The notes: generated by a model not told the origin, from the sequence alone. A DNA stretch of 63,516 nucleotides, filler included, from Octopus bimaculoides (GCF_001194135.2; 6 parts of 6 records of this genome joined end to end with filler, not necessarily neighbours in it), one strand, 5' to 3'. Shown: positions 36,340-49,018, numbered from the whole stretch's first letter. Translations and numbers: made by a program.

Positions 36340-36540
36340 CTTTAACCCTAGCCATAACTCTAAGCCACAACTCTAATCCCAACCTTAAAGTTTAACCCTA
36401 ATCCCTAAACCCTAATCTTAAACACTAAATTCTAACACTAAGCCCTAATATTTAACCCTAACCCTAACCATAAATCCTAATGCTTACCATAACCGTGAAC
36501 CCTAAAGCAAAACCCTAACCCTAACCCCAAACCCTTAACT
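36340..36540 (+). repeat. Degenerate interstitial (CCCTAA)n telomere-like array
   Basis: Many AACCCT / TAACCC units; loosely bracketed by TTTAGCGT (~36318) / ACGCTAAA (~36591). Confidence 0.75.
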
Positions 36541-36836
36541 GAACACAGACCCACATCATACCGTAGACTCCGGATATTACAGTTGACTTTACGCTAAAAT
36601 AGTACCATTGACGTTCTACACGGAGTTTCCCAGTTGGTTGGATTACTCACGGCTACTATGTTCGTATCTCGAGCAGCCCAGCCAAGGTGGGTTATCAGAG
36701 AACGTTATCAGCTGTTGGTATAATATGCATATCTACTCACACTATCCAGCATACTGAGATTTATATATGATAATGTTTGCACTTTTGGAAAATATATCCC
36801 ATCATACTTTGCAACTTCTACATTATAATTACGACG

Positions 36837-36916
<80 letters not shown>

Positions 36917-37400
36917 ATCTATATGTCAGTCAGTCTGTCTCTCTATACATATNNNNNNNNNNNNNNNNNNNNNNNNNNNNNNNNNNNNNNNNNNNNNNNN
37001 NNNNNNNNNNNNNNNNNNNNNNNNNNNNNNNNNNNNNNNNNNNNNNNNNNNNNNNNNNNNNNNNNNNNNNNNNNNNNNNNNNNNNNNNNNNNNNNNNNNN
37101 NNNNNNNNNNNNNNNNNNNNNNNNNNNNNNNNNNNNNNNNNNNNNNNNNNNNNNNNNNNNNNNNNNNNNNNNNNNNNNNNNNNNNNNNNNNNNNNNNNNN
37201 NNNNNNNNNNNNNNNNNNNNNNNNNNNNNNNNNNNNNNNNNNNNNNNNNNNNNNNNNNNNNNNNNNNNNNNNNNNNNNNNNNNNNNNNNNNNNNNNNNNN
37301 NNNNNNNNNNNNNNNNNNNNNNNNNNNNNNNNNNNNNNNNNNNNNNNNNNNNNNNNNNNNNNNNNNNNNNNNNNNNNNNNNNNNNNNNNNNNNNNNTATA

Positions 37401-37436
<36 letters not shown>

Positions 37437-38053
37437 TGTATGTATTTATGTATGTATGTATGTATGTATGTATGTATGTATGTATACAGACATTCGCACA
37501 CATATACATATGTACTTATGTATGTATGTGTGTATGCGTGTATATGTGCGTAATGACGCATGCGCAACTATACCTATGTGGCAATTATTTTCAAACTTCC
37601 CTTCAATTAACTTGGTCTGTTGCACCGTTGCACACACGCGTTCTTCCAGCTATTATTGCTAACACCAGCACCACCGCAACCAATACCACCAGCACCACCA
37701 GCACCACCGACACAACAACAACAACTACTACTACTACTACTATAGCAACAACATCAACAACTACCACTTGTGTGCCATCGAGTATACCACACAGTTTAGT
37801 ATTTCCAACATCATCACTACCACCACCACCACCACCACCACCACNNNNNNNNNNNNNNNNNNNNNNNNNNNNNNNNNNNNNNNNNNNNNNNNNNNNNNNN
37901 NNNNNNNNNNNNNNNNNNNNNNNNNNNNNNNNNNNNNNNNNNNNNNNNNNNNNNNNNNNNNNNNNNNNNNNNNNNNNNNNNNNNNNNNNNNNNNNNNNNN
38001 NNNNNNNNNNNNNNNNNNNNNNNNNNNNNNNNNNNNNNNNNNNNNNNNNNNNN

Positions 38054-38114
<61 letters not shown>

Positions 38115-38378
38115 TGTGTGTGTGTGAGATATTGTTTGCGTTCTAATATTTACTATTGTATGTGCTTAGGAAATATAGTGGAAATTTTAATATACTTGCG
38201 TACGTGTATATATATTATATAATATGTGCGAGTGTGTATTTATTTGTATATTTGCATATATGCATATATTCTTACGATAGGAATGTCTTTCGTGTGTAAG
38301 TATGTATAAGCGTATGTGTATACGTGTGCCTTTGCATGTTAGGTTATATAAGAGATATATTTGTACATTTTATCTATA

Positions 38379-38409
<31 letters not shown>

Positions 38410-38522
38410 ATTTATATCTAGCTGTCTGTCTGTCTGTATGTATGTATGCGTATGTTTGTGTGTGTGTGTACGTATATAGACTTAAACATACAACCATGGG
38501 CGTACATACATATGTGCATGCA

Positions 38523-38566
<44 letters not shown>

Positions 38567-38669
38567 NNNNNNNNNNNNNNNNNNNNNNNNNNNNNNNNNN
38601 NNNNNNNNNNNNNNNNNNNNNNNNNNNNNNNNNNNNNNNNNNNNNNNNNNNNNNNNNNNNNNNNNNNNN

Positions 38670-38708
<39 letters not shown>

Positions 38709-39202
38709 TACAAACTTACTGAAGTAGAGACGTGCATTCTTACATACATACATACAAACATATATACATTCATAGTTACATGCATACATGCATACATACA
38801 TGCATACATACATACATACATATACACATTAGTATATATTCTGAATCATGCTATTTACTGAGCATGCGTACACCAGATAATAAACATGATTATATACGAT
38901 AGAAAATGGCGTCTGTCGTATATATTACGGTCGATAAATTTATTAAAATTTAGTGAAGCCACTTCAGCGCCTTAAATCTCCATAGTTGACTGAATATTTC
39001 AATATTAGGGGTATCTATCATGATCGTTCAATGCCTTGTCCAATCAAGTATAAAATCGATTTTTATTTATTTAAATATAGTGTGTGCTGTGGGAAGATGT
39101 GGTCAGTATGAGCATCAGACTATGCAAGCCTTACAGAGACAATGGCGCGCCTGTTAACATGTGTTACGAACAGATCAACACTGCTGCGTGTAGAAGATAT
39201 AT

Positions 39203-39610
39203 CTCTTTTTACTCTTTTACTATTTTACTTGTTTCAGTCATTTGATTGTGGTCATGCTAGAGCACCGCCTTTTAGTCGAGAAAATCGACCCGAGGACTTA
39301 TTCTTTGGAAACCTAGTACTTATTCTATCGGTCTCTTTTGCCAACGTAAACACACCAGCATCGGTTGTCAAGCGATGTTGCGGTGGGGGTGCACAAACAC
39401 AGACACACAAACATATACACACTCATACATATATATATATATATATACATATATACGACGGGCTTCTTTCAGTTTTCCGTCTACCAAATCCACTCACAAG
39501 GCTTTGGTAAGCCCGAGGCTATAGTAGAAGACACTTGCCCAAGGTGCCACGCAGTGGGACTGAACCCGGAACGATGTGGTTGGTAAGCAAGCTACTTACC
39601 ACACAGCCAC
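39203..39610 (-). mobile_element. Full-length family A SINE
   Basis: Reverse complement of the 19453 type. Confidence 0.9.
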
Positions 39611-39909
39611 AAATAGATACATATATGTGTGTGTGTAACTGCATATGTGTTTATATAAATGTATATATGTATGCATTTATATAAACATAGATATACAAAC
39701 ATAGATACATACACACACATAGATACATACACACACATAGATACATACACACACATAGATACATACACACACACGCACATATATATAGGGGAGAGTAAGA
39801 GACTCGTATATATACGCACACATATAAACATACATATATATAACATACGTATATACAATACTTGAAAAAGCCAAACATGCATACATATATATAAACAAAA
39901 ACATATATA

Positions 39910-39948
<39 letters not shown>

Positions 39949-41007
39949 ATACATATATACAATACATAAATATACACACGCACAAAAACACGCACACATA
40001 CATATACATATATATATATATATATGCATATGCACNNNNNNNNNNNNNNNNNNNNNNNNNNNNNNNNNNNNNNNNNNNNNNNNNNNNNNNNNNNNNNNNN
40101 NNNNNNNNNNNNNNNNNNNNNNNNNNNNNNNNNNNNNNNNNNNNNNNNNNNNNNNNNNNNNNNNNNNNNNNNNNNNNNNNNNNNNNNNNNNNNNNNNNNN
40201 NNNNNNNNNNNNNNNNNNNNNNNNNNNNNNNNNNNNNNNNNNNNNNNNNNNNNNNNNNNNNNNNNNNNNNNNATATATGCTTGTAAATGAGTGTTACTGT
40301 ATACATATATTTGGATATAATGGGTGTATAGGTACCAGTTGAGTTTCCCGTCAGTGAAATCAACAAACAAACTGAACATTTTACTGTATCGGTCTGAATT
40401 TATATATATTGAATATGCTTTATTCTTTTGTGCTTGACTATGATGTTTTACTTTTTTAAATGTTGTTTGCTTAATACATTGTTTGTGGTTGCTGTCGTTT
40501 CATTTGTCGATTGATTGGTTTCTTTATTTTCATTGGTTAGCTTCACTATTATATCCGGGTTCTCATTTCTTTTTAGTTCATAATATCTTGGTCATTGTAA
40601 CGTTACGTCGACGAATATTGTGATTGCTCTGGTTCTACTTATCGATTTCATAATAATATCCTGATTACTAATATTTTTTTCCCTCTTTATCGACCATCTT
40701 TGGCCGTATTAGTAGCTGTTTTCTTCCTACCTGTTGAATACGTTAGAATATACTAAAATTTTCATTGTCTACTTCATTGTATGTCAAATGTATGTTTTGT
40801 TTCTGATGTCACTAGAAATATTTTTCATATACTATGTGTCGCTAACTCGCCATTAGTTTCTGTAGCACAATTTGTTGTTGAAGTTTTTGTAGTTTATTTA
40901 CTTTTGTCTTTCCGTGTCACCGTTATTTCTGCTACTGTTGAGCAACCTACTTTCACTTTAGACACGCTTTAAATGATTTATGCAAAATATAGTGTGTTCT
41001 ATTAATA

Positions 41008-41110
41008 CTTAGGCTATAGTAGAAGACAATTGCCCAGGGAACCACGAAGTGAGACTGAACCCGGAACTATGTGGTGTGGAAGCAAGGTTCTAACCACACA
41101 GCTACGCCAT
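41008..41110 (-). mobile_element. Family A SINE head fragment
   Basis: GGCTATAGTAGAAGAC..TGCCCA...GAACCCGGAAC. Confidence 0.75.
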
Positions 41111-41149
41111 AAACTATTAACAAATTATAAAGAATAACAACTATGTATA

Positions 41150-41400
41150 GTCACGTGACATTGTGATTAGAGCGTTGCGTTTTCGAACGCAGGATCACTG
41201 ATTTGATTCCCGTATCGGACGACAGGTAGCATTCTTAAAAAAAAAAAAAAGAAGAAAAAGCATACTTCGGTTCACGTTGCTCCGGTCCACTCATTGTTGT
41301 AAATGAGCAACCCTACGAAGGACAGGCGTCACGTTCAGATCTCGGTCACTTACACGGCATGGAAACCGAGCAACTGGACTTCTGAACCCTAGAACTTGAA
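41150..41400 (+). mobile_element. Degenerate tRNA-derived SINE with V-domain-like body
   Basis: GTTGCTCCGGTCCACTCA...TAAATGAG...CCCTACGAAGGACAGGCGTC. Domain naming is from memory. Confidence 0.55.
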
Positions 41401-41851
41401 ACAGAACTGTCTATAAGTCATTATATATTACGGGAATTAACCGGGAATTAACCAGCTCCTGTATTGATAACTAATTATCTGAAAAAGAGTTTACCATAAT
41501 TTTCCCTTTGCCAGCATTTCACCCAGATCGCTACTAATATTTCCGAATAGGGATTCATCTTAAGTAGCCTGATAAAGCACATAAACATCGCCTCTCGATC
41601 TATTTTTGTCGTTTCAATCGACGTTTGTGATTAATTTTCGCTGTCCATCATCTTAATGACTTGTAAACCATATTATGTTTCATCCATTAATAAACCAATA
41701 CAGCTGCCGTTCAACAATAGCATTCTAACACCTACTTACATAATGTCTTCAATAGAACCAACGTTGTTCTCTCTGGATAGAATTCTTGTTACACTTGTTT
41801 TACTAGCGTTTTCAATACAACCTTACACACCGCCCCCCATCTCTCTCCCTT

Positions 41852-41892
<41 letters not shown>

Positions 41893-41991
41893 GAATAATT
41901 GGGTGGAATATATGTTTATACACATGTGCGAATAGAAATATATATATACATATATACACATACATACATACATACATATATATATATACAG

Positions 41992-42062
<71 letters not shown>

Positions 42063-42296
42063 AACATCCACACATACACAGCAACATACATATATACAAC
42101 ATATATGTATATACGCCAAAGAACTAACCAATATCTATCTATCTATCTCTCTGTCTATATCTCTCTCTATCTATCTATCTATCCATTTATCTATCTATCT
42201 ATCATATATAAACGTGTATAATGATATCTATAGAACTCTCGAAACCCTTCCCTCAGTTCACCCTCTCTCTTCCCTCTCTCTCTCTCTCTCTCTTCC

Positions 42297-42367
<71 letters not shown>

Positions 42368-42908
42368 TACACACGCATATACATGTTTAGGGAGAGAGAG
42401 AGAGATTTCGATAGATATTTGTATTTACGTACATATGTGTGTGTTTGTACGTTTATCTCTCTACCTACCTACTCATCTACCTGTCTTATTACCTGCACAC
42501 CTTCCAACCTATCCATCTACACTCTACCTACGTCAATCAACTAATTAACTACGATCAGAGTTTACTGTATTGATAAGCTTGAAGAGCTTTTAAGCTTTTC
42601 CCCTCTTCTCTCTCTCCCATCTCTCTTCTTTCTTTCTGTCTCTTCCTCTCTCTCTCTCGTACACACAGCGGTGAACCAGTATGGTAGGATGGTGAGCTGA
42701 CAGGGATCAGGTTAGGTCTTTAAAAGTTGTTTTGTTCTGTGTAAATACAAGACGAATTGTGAGGTAAACGATAATATTAATAATACATAAGCAACAAGAA
42801 TAACCATGACAACCTTATCAACAACACCAATATCAATAATAATAATAATAACAACAACAATAATGGGGTATATAAGCCTTCGACAGAAAAGTAAAAACAG
42901 CAGGATTT

Positions 42909-42980
42909 CCCATCCGCGTGGGACACGAACCCACACCTCTCTTCATAACGACTAAGTGTTTTACCATTACACCAGCGATT
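42909..42980 (-). pseudogene. tRNA-like Pol III unit
   Basis: TGGTGTAATGG (A box), GGGTTCGTGTCCC (B box), 3' GCGGATG, then T-run. Confidence 0.55.
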
Positions 42981-43018
42981 TAGCCTCTCCGTTTCTGTTA
43001 GATTTAAGACCTATATTA

Positions 43019-43090
43019 GTTCGTTGTTGTAATGGTAACATACTTGTCACGTTAACAGAGGAATGTGGATTCGAGTCTTACGCGGATGCG
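43019..43090 (+). pseudogene. tRNA-like Pol III unit (paralog of 42909-42980)
   Basis: TTGTTGTAATGGTAAC (A box), GGATTCGAGTCTT (B box), 3' GCGGATGCG, then TTTATTTT. Confidence 0.55.
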
Positions 43091-43622
43091 AAAGCCTACT
43101 TTATTTTCTATCGAGGGCTTATATGCTCCCTTATTAGACCATTTCCCTTAGACAGTGCACGGTGATCGCTATAAACTCAATGCTTATATAAATACTATTC
43201 ATATATGTATGTGTATATACATTTGCCAACAACTCTTCTATACTCCAGAACAGACTTATTAATGACGCAGTGTACCAGTGTACATATTACCAGAGGATCA
43301 GAATAGATGATGGAACAAATGTTCTATAACTAATGTTTCTAACGTAGAAGTAAGGTCAGAAATTATAGGCAACTCTATATTATATATGTATCAACCCTAA
43401 GAAGTGGAAAGGCAACAACGAACTCGTTGGGCTTTGAAATTCACAACGTAATGTACTTGTCTAAAATCCACAACATCTTTTCTCTGGTTTTCTGGCGATT
43501 CTGATACATTTCAAACTGCCAAACATTTTCTATGAAATTTCTAAAAAAATATTGGTGGAAAAAAATTCATGCATCGAGATACACATATACATACATACAC
43601 ATGTACACGCGTACGTACGTAA

Positions 43623-43653
<31 letters not shown>

Positions 43654-43784
43654 TGTGTGTTGTACCAGGTTACCATTTTATGCTTGTATTGGTTTTACAA
43701 CAGTGTTTTCTTGAAGTGAAAGACTATATATATATATATATATAGTTAAGAATTTAAGGAATGGAGAAAACGCATGTTATAATT

Positions 43785-43885
43785 GCATACGTTATTCCTA
43801 CATATGTTTCAAAGGATTACAACCTGTGTGATCCATAGGGATCTTTGATATTAAAATTGTAACCTTCTCATCAGGGAAAGCATAT
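43785..43885 (-). ncRNA. Type I hammerhead ribozyme with complete catalytic core
   Basis: TTCC-CTGATGA-GAAGGTTACAA...TTGTAATCCTTT-GAAAC-ATATGT-A-GGAA. Core at 43868-43874, GAAAC at 43806-43810, GUA triplet at 43799-43801. Element lies between two (TA)n tracts. Confidence 0.75.
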
Positions 43886-44110
43886 ATATATATATTAGAT
43901 ATAGATACAGATATATATTGATAGATAGATAGATAAATATACATATGGATGCATGTACATACATATATATATATATGTATGTATGTATATATAACTACAT
44001 AAATTGTCGTAATTAGGCGACACCAAGAACTTTTGTGTATCAGTGTTTTCATCCATCCCTGCATATATGTGAGTGAGCGTTTGCCTGTGTATATATGTAT
44101 ATGCATTCAT

Positions 44111-44158
<48 letters not shown>

Positions 44159-44398
44159 TACACACGTATATAGAAAATATATAATATATATATATCACAC
44201 AAGTATGTATTAGGTATTTATATATGCATTATATAAATAGACTCACATACACAATCGGGCATGTTTATGCTGTCATATCGATCTAAATTAGCGGCTTCCC
44301 GTGTTCAATAATATCATTCACTATACTGTGACATAATTACCGTACACTCGGTAACACTGTGTGTGGGAGTCCGCCTCGTCCCCACCTTCGCCCCTTTC

Positions 44399-44431
<33 letters not shown>

Positions 44432-44549
44432 NNNNNNNNNNNNNNNNNNNNNNNNNNNNNNNNNNNNNNNNNNNNNNNNNNNNNNNNNNNNNNNNNNNNN
44501 NNNNNNNNNNNNNNNNNNNNNNNNNNNNNNNNNNNNNNNNNNNNNNNNN

Positions 44550-44583
<34 letters not shown>

Positions 44584-44999
44584 TCACACACACACACACG
44601 GACACACACGCAATACGTGTGCGTATGAAATCTGTGTATTTCTGTTTATTTGAGAAGGATGACAATGATCTGTCTTCCTGCTTCCTGCTTAATTATAGTT
44701 AATACATATTCGTATGACTTATTTATATATGATTTCCTGTCATAAATAGATGCTTCTCCATCATGTGTACGTTGTCTTTATTTTTATTACTTCGATCAGT
44801 GTGTGCTTTCTATAGCCAACCGTTGTTTAGTTGGATTACGTCTCGCATGATTAGAATTACGTCTCCCATGATTGGATTCAAGATATTTGATCTGGTCTGA
44901 GCAATAATCCGTCTGTATATATTCTACGCCTTTTAACGTATTCTTGCACATTATGTGTATCTGTATATGTATGCATGTGTATATATATATATATATATA

Positions 45000-45099
45000 N
45001 NNNNNNNNNNNNNNNNNNNNNNNNNNNNNNNNNNNNNNNNNNNTTAATTAATTAANNNNNNNNNNNNNNNNNNNNNNNNNNNNNNNNNNNNNNNNNNNN
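45000..45099. other. Artificial scaffold spacer
   Basis: 44N-TTAATTAATTAA-44N. Confidence 0.95.
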
Positions 45100-45444
45100 C
45101 TCCACCCTCCTGTTGCTTTGCGCACATTTTTTTTTTATTCGTTTCCTATACATTGTTTTACACCCATTCCAGTATTTTGAGGGGGCGGGGATTTTCATTT
45201 CCTGGTCAAGATGTAAACATTAAACCAAAAGCCTTTTCTGGGTCCGGAAAACGGGGTGGGGTGGAACCTTTAGAAATTTCACTCCCACCTCCATTTTCAA
45301 ATATTTTTTGCTATTTCTTTCTTTACCCATAATTTTAGATAACATTTTCCAGAAATACGTTTTTAAGAGTGTGGAATACATTGGATCGAAAATTCAAAGA
45401 AGTTTGAAATGACCAAGTGCTAACTTAGTGTTAACGAAGTGTGT

Positions 45445-46216
45445 TGAGATAAACAATAAAGTCATCTTTAAAAAAAACACGTTAGAGTTTTTGCATGTAT
45501 GAGTGAAACGGTGTAAAAGTATAATATTAACAAAATATCTTTTTCCTACCTCTTAAAAATCACTGGATACAATATATATAATAATCCCGAATAGATTTTC
45601 CTTGCCAGTCCTCAATCAAACCGTCCAAACCATGCCAGCATGGAAAGCAGACTTTAAACGATGATGGTGATGATGATGTATAATGATATATATAATTATG
45701 ATAGAGTGTTGCCCATTCAATGTTTAGGTAAGCTTCGTCCCCCACCCACTCACTCACTCTTTCTTTCTCTCTCTCCCTCTCACTCCCCACACAAAAATGA
45801 AACATTTCAGCACCAAAGATAAATGTCCCCTTTGCAATTTTTGGTGCCAAAATGTGTTTCATTTTTGTGTGTGAGGAGGGAGAGAGAGAGAGAGAGAAAG
45901 AGAGAAAGAAAGAGAGTGAGTGGGTGACCTAATGTTTACCTAAACATTCAATGGGTAACAATCTATCATAATTATATATATCATTATACATCATCCCCAT
46001 CATTGTCTGCTTTCCATTCTGGCATGCATTGGACAGTTTGACTGAAGACTGGCCAGGAACATCTATTTGGGATTATTAAATATATTATATCCAGTGATTT
46101 TAAGAGGAAGGAAAAAGATTATTTTGTTAAAATACTTTTACTCCGTTTCACTCATACATGCAAAAACTAACGTATTTCTTTTTTTTTTTTTAAGATGAAT
46201 TTATCATTTATCTCTC
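45445..46216. repeat. Long imperfect palindrome (~375-bp arms, ~18-bp spacer)
   Basis: Arms 45445-45819 and 45838-46216 align in reverse complement throughout, e.g. TTGCATGTATGAGTGAAACGG / CCGTTTCACTCATACATGCAA. Confidence 0.9.
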
Positions 46217-46550
46217 CACTCCTATGCTGGCATGGGCTGGACAGTTTTACTGAGGGCTGGCAAGCCAGAAGGCTGCACCAGGCTCCAATCCAATCTGGCA
46301 AAGTTTCTACAGCTGGATGCCCTTCCTGACGCCAACCACTCCAAGAGTGTAGTGAGTGCTTTTTACATGCCACTGGCACAAGAGCCAGTCAGGCAGTACT
46401 GGCATCGACCATGCTTGAATGGTGCTTTTTATGTGCCACCAGTATGAGACCCAGTCAGGCAGCACTGGCATCAACCACACTCAAATGGTGTTTTTTTTTT
46501 ACGTGCCACTGGCACGGATGCCAATCAGGGAGTACTATCATTGGCCACGA
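46217..46550 (-). mobile_element. RTE-tail-derived repeat with internal minisatellite
   Basis: TTTCTACAGCTGGATGCCCTTCCT.ACGCCAACCAC plus repeated CTCAAATGGTG.TTTT.ACGTGCCAC; also at 56105-56525. Confidence 0.8.
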
Positions 46551-47103
46551 CATATATATATAGATATCACACACAAACACACATTAACATTTTATGTCTG
46601 CTTTCCGTGTGGTACAAATTAGGCCATTAGAGTCATTTGGAGTTACTGTCCTCCTAGATGGGTCAGGGACTACATCTTAATTGTACACAAAAGAATCCTC
46701 TCTACATTGTCTTTTAAGACAGTATGAGGGAGAAGGTTAACAAAAAAGAAAATTAAGATCACAATCAAAATAAGATGCTGATGGATTGTCTTCTACTATA
46801 GCCTTAGGCCTACCAAAGCTTTGCAAGTGGATTTTGTAAATGGAAATTGAAAGAAGTTCACCATGTATATATATGTTTGTGTCTCCTTATCTTGACAACA
46901 TACAGTAATTGTAAAACAAGGGTCACTGTTACATAAAAAGTGTCATTCATTTTCAGCCTTCTAGGTAATCATGTTTAGCCACGAGAAAATATTACTTTGC
47001 ATGGAAAAAAGTGATGGTTAGCAACAGGAAGTAAATCTAGTTGCAGGAATATTACCTGAATTCAGTCTATCCCATGGAAGCATGGAAAAGTGGATATTAA
47101 ATA

Positions 47104-47135
<32 letters not shown>

Positions 47136-47136
<1 letters not shown>

Positions 47137-47462
47137 AAGGTACATAGCTTAGTTGTTAGGGTATTTAGTTCACGATAGTAAGTTCTTGAGTTCAATATCT
47201 GGCGACGCGTTGTGTCCTTGTGCAAGACTCTTTATTTCTCGTTGCTCCAGTCCACTCAGCTAGCAAAAGTGAGTAGTACATCTATTTCAAAGGGCCAGCC
47301 TTATCACATTCTGTCTGCGTCATGGTGGATCACCCTGAGAACTACATTAAGAGTACACATGTCTGTGGAGTGCTCAGCCACTTGTACGTTAATTTCATGA
47401 GCAGGCAATTCCATTGATTGGATCAACTGGAACCCTCATTGCCATAATCAACAGAGTGCCAA
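47136..47462 (+). mobile_element. tRNA-derived SINE (CORE-like centre, family B 3' half)
   Basis: GTGTCCTTGTGCAAGAC, CAAAGGGCCAGCCTT, CAGCCACTTGTACGTTAATTTC, GGAACCCTC...GAGTGCC. Confidence 0.8.
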
Positions 47463-47642
47463 TTAGTTATATATACAAATCAAAAATAAGAAAAAGAACT
47501 AATTTAGCACATCTGTATAACTAGTTACAACTGTTTCAGTACCACTCCCTTTTTAATGGCATTGCACACAAATGATTTTGTGTGAAATGTTATGCAATAT
47601 TTGAGTGAATTCTACCCACACAGGACCCACAATATATATATA

Positions 47643-47808
47643 TACTTTATTTAAAAGCAGCAGAAATATAACAAAAGACTGTTACTCGGAGTTTCACGTT
47701 CCCGTTCATCGGACAGTTTTGTTAGAAAATTTCTATCCAATGAATGGGAACATAAAACTCCGAGTAACAGTCTTTTGTTATATTTCTGCTGCTTTTAAAT
47801 AAAGCATA
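47643..47808. mobile_element. Fold-back made of two inverted hammerhead-bearing PLE-type termini
   Basis: Left arm (-): AACAAAA-CTGT-CCGATGA-ACG GGAA CGT-GAAAC-TCCGAGT-A-ACAG-TC-TTTTGTT. Right arm (+) is a degenerate copy (CCAATGA...AAAAC). Abuts (TA)n. Confidence 0.75.
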
Positions 47809-47955
47809 TTACTCNNNNNNNNNNATGGGAACATAAAACTCCGAGTAACAGTCTTTTGTTATATTTCTGCTGCTTTTAAATAAAGCATATTACTCTACCT
47901 CTGGTATTTGAGTACTCTTTTTTCCACCTTGTTGCGCATTTTATGTGCTTACTCC

Positions 47956-47986
<31 letters not shown>

Positions 47987-47997
<11 letters not shown>

Positions 47998-49018
47998 GGT
48001 AGGATGTTTTAAGGGGTTACCCTGGGTTACTCACTCATAAAGGGTTTAGCCTTACAATGTATCTTCAGATCTGAAACACTGCTGGCCTGAGACCTCTTTA
48101 GAATATGGAGGGGGAAAAGCCTCGTTTTTAAGGGTAATACCAGAGGTGATTATCTCCCTTTGCGATTGTCCATTGATCTTCGGCCGCGCTGCCATCTTGC
48201 ACCACAGGCAACATGTGCAGGGATATGAATATGACCATCACCAATACCACTCCTAGTGATGCCAACACCAGCACCAACAGCAGCATCCCTAACTCCAGCA
48301 GCAACAACACCAACAGCAGCATCAGTGGCAATGGTAGCAGCAACAGCAGCACCTACAACAGTGACAGGCGCAATGACATCACATACCCACAAAAGTACGT
48401 GGAGTGCACTGGGAACTCTCTCAAACAGCATATTTCCAATCATCTGTCCTCCTTCAGAGTCCCGGAAAGGAGATACATGACACTGCTGGCCAGCCATATC
48501 TAGCAATTACAAGACGAAGAGATTCCATACTCGATCACATGGAAAATACTCGAGAACCCAGGCCCCTACATCAACGAGATGAAATGGTGCAAGTTATGCA
48601 TTGCTGAATGCAAGAGAATACTTAGACTTGCTTGTGCAAGTCTTTAAGTATTCTGAACTTCAGGACGGAGATTTTCGGACCATGCCTGCATTTTAGAAAA
48701 TTCCTGTTGGCCTTTTGGAATCCACACGATGGCACCACAGCTGGAATCCAATAGCCAAGACTGAAGGAAGACAATTGTTTACCTTTGTGGTGCTTTGGTG
48801 ACTGCAAGATAGCACTGCAGCCAAAGATCAATGGACAATGGCAAAGGGAGATAATCACCTAGGTTTTTACCCTTAAAAACAAGGCTTTTCCCCCTTCCCT
48901 ATTTTAAAGAGGTTTCAGGTCAGCAGTGTTTTGAGTCTGAAGATATGTCGTAAGGCTAAACCCCTTATAAGCAAGAAACCCAGGATAATCCCATAAATTG
49001 GCTTACCCTACTATAATA
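47987..49018 (+). mobile_element. Penelope-like element remnant: GIY-YIG fragment between ~220-bp inverted pseudo-LTRs
   Basis: KYVECTGNSLKQHISNHLSSF...TLLASHI*QL...YSITWKILE...YIN..KWCKLC. Arms 47987-48205 / 48797-49018, each with a CTGAAGA hammerhead motif. Confidence 0.8.

Noticed and set aside
395-44702. Long ORFs full of X, or of CV/YI/HT/M/D/S/L runs
   Set aside because: They are translations of N gaps and microsatellites.
47746-47893. Apparent third hammerhead arm after the 10-N gap
   Set aside because: Identical to the sequence before the gap; contig-overlap artefact.
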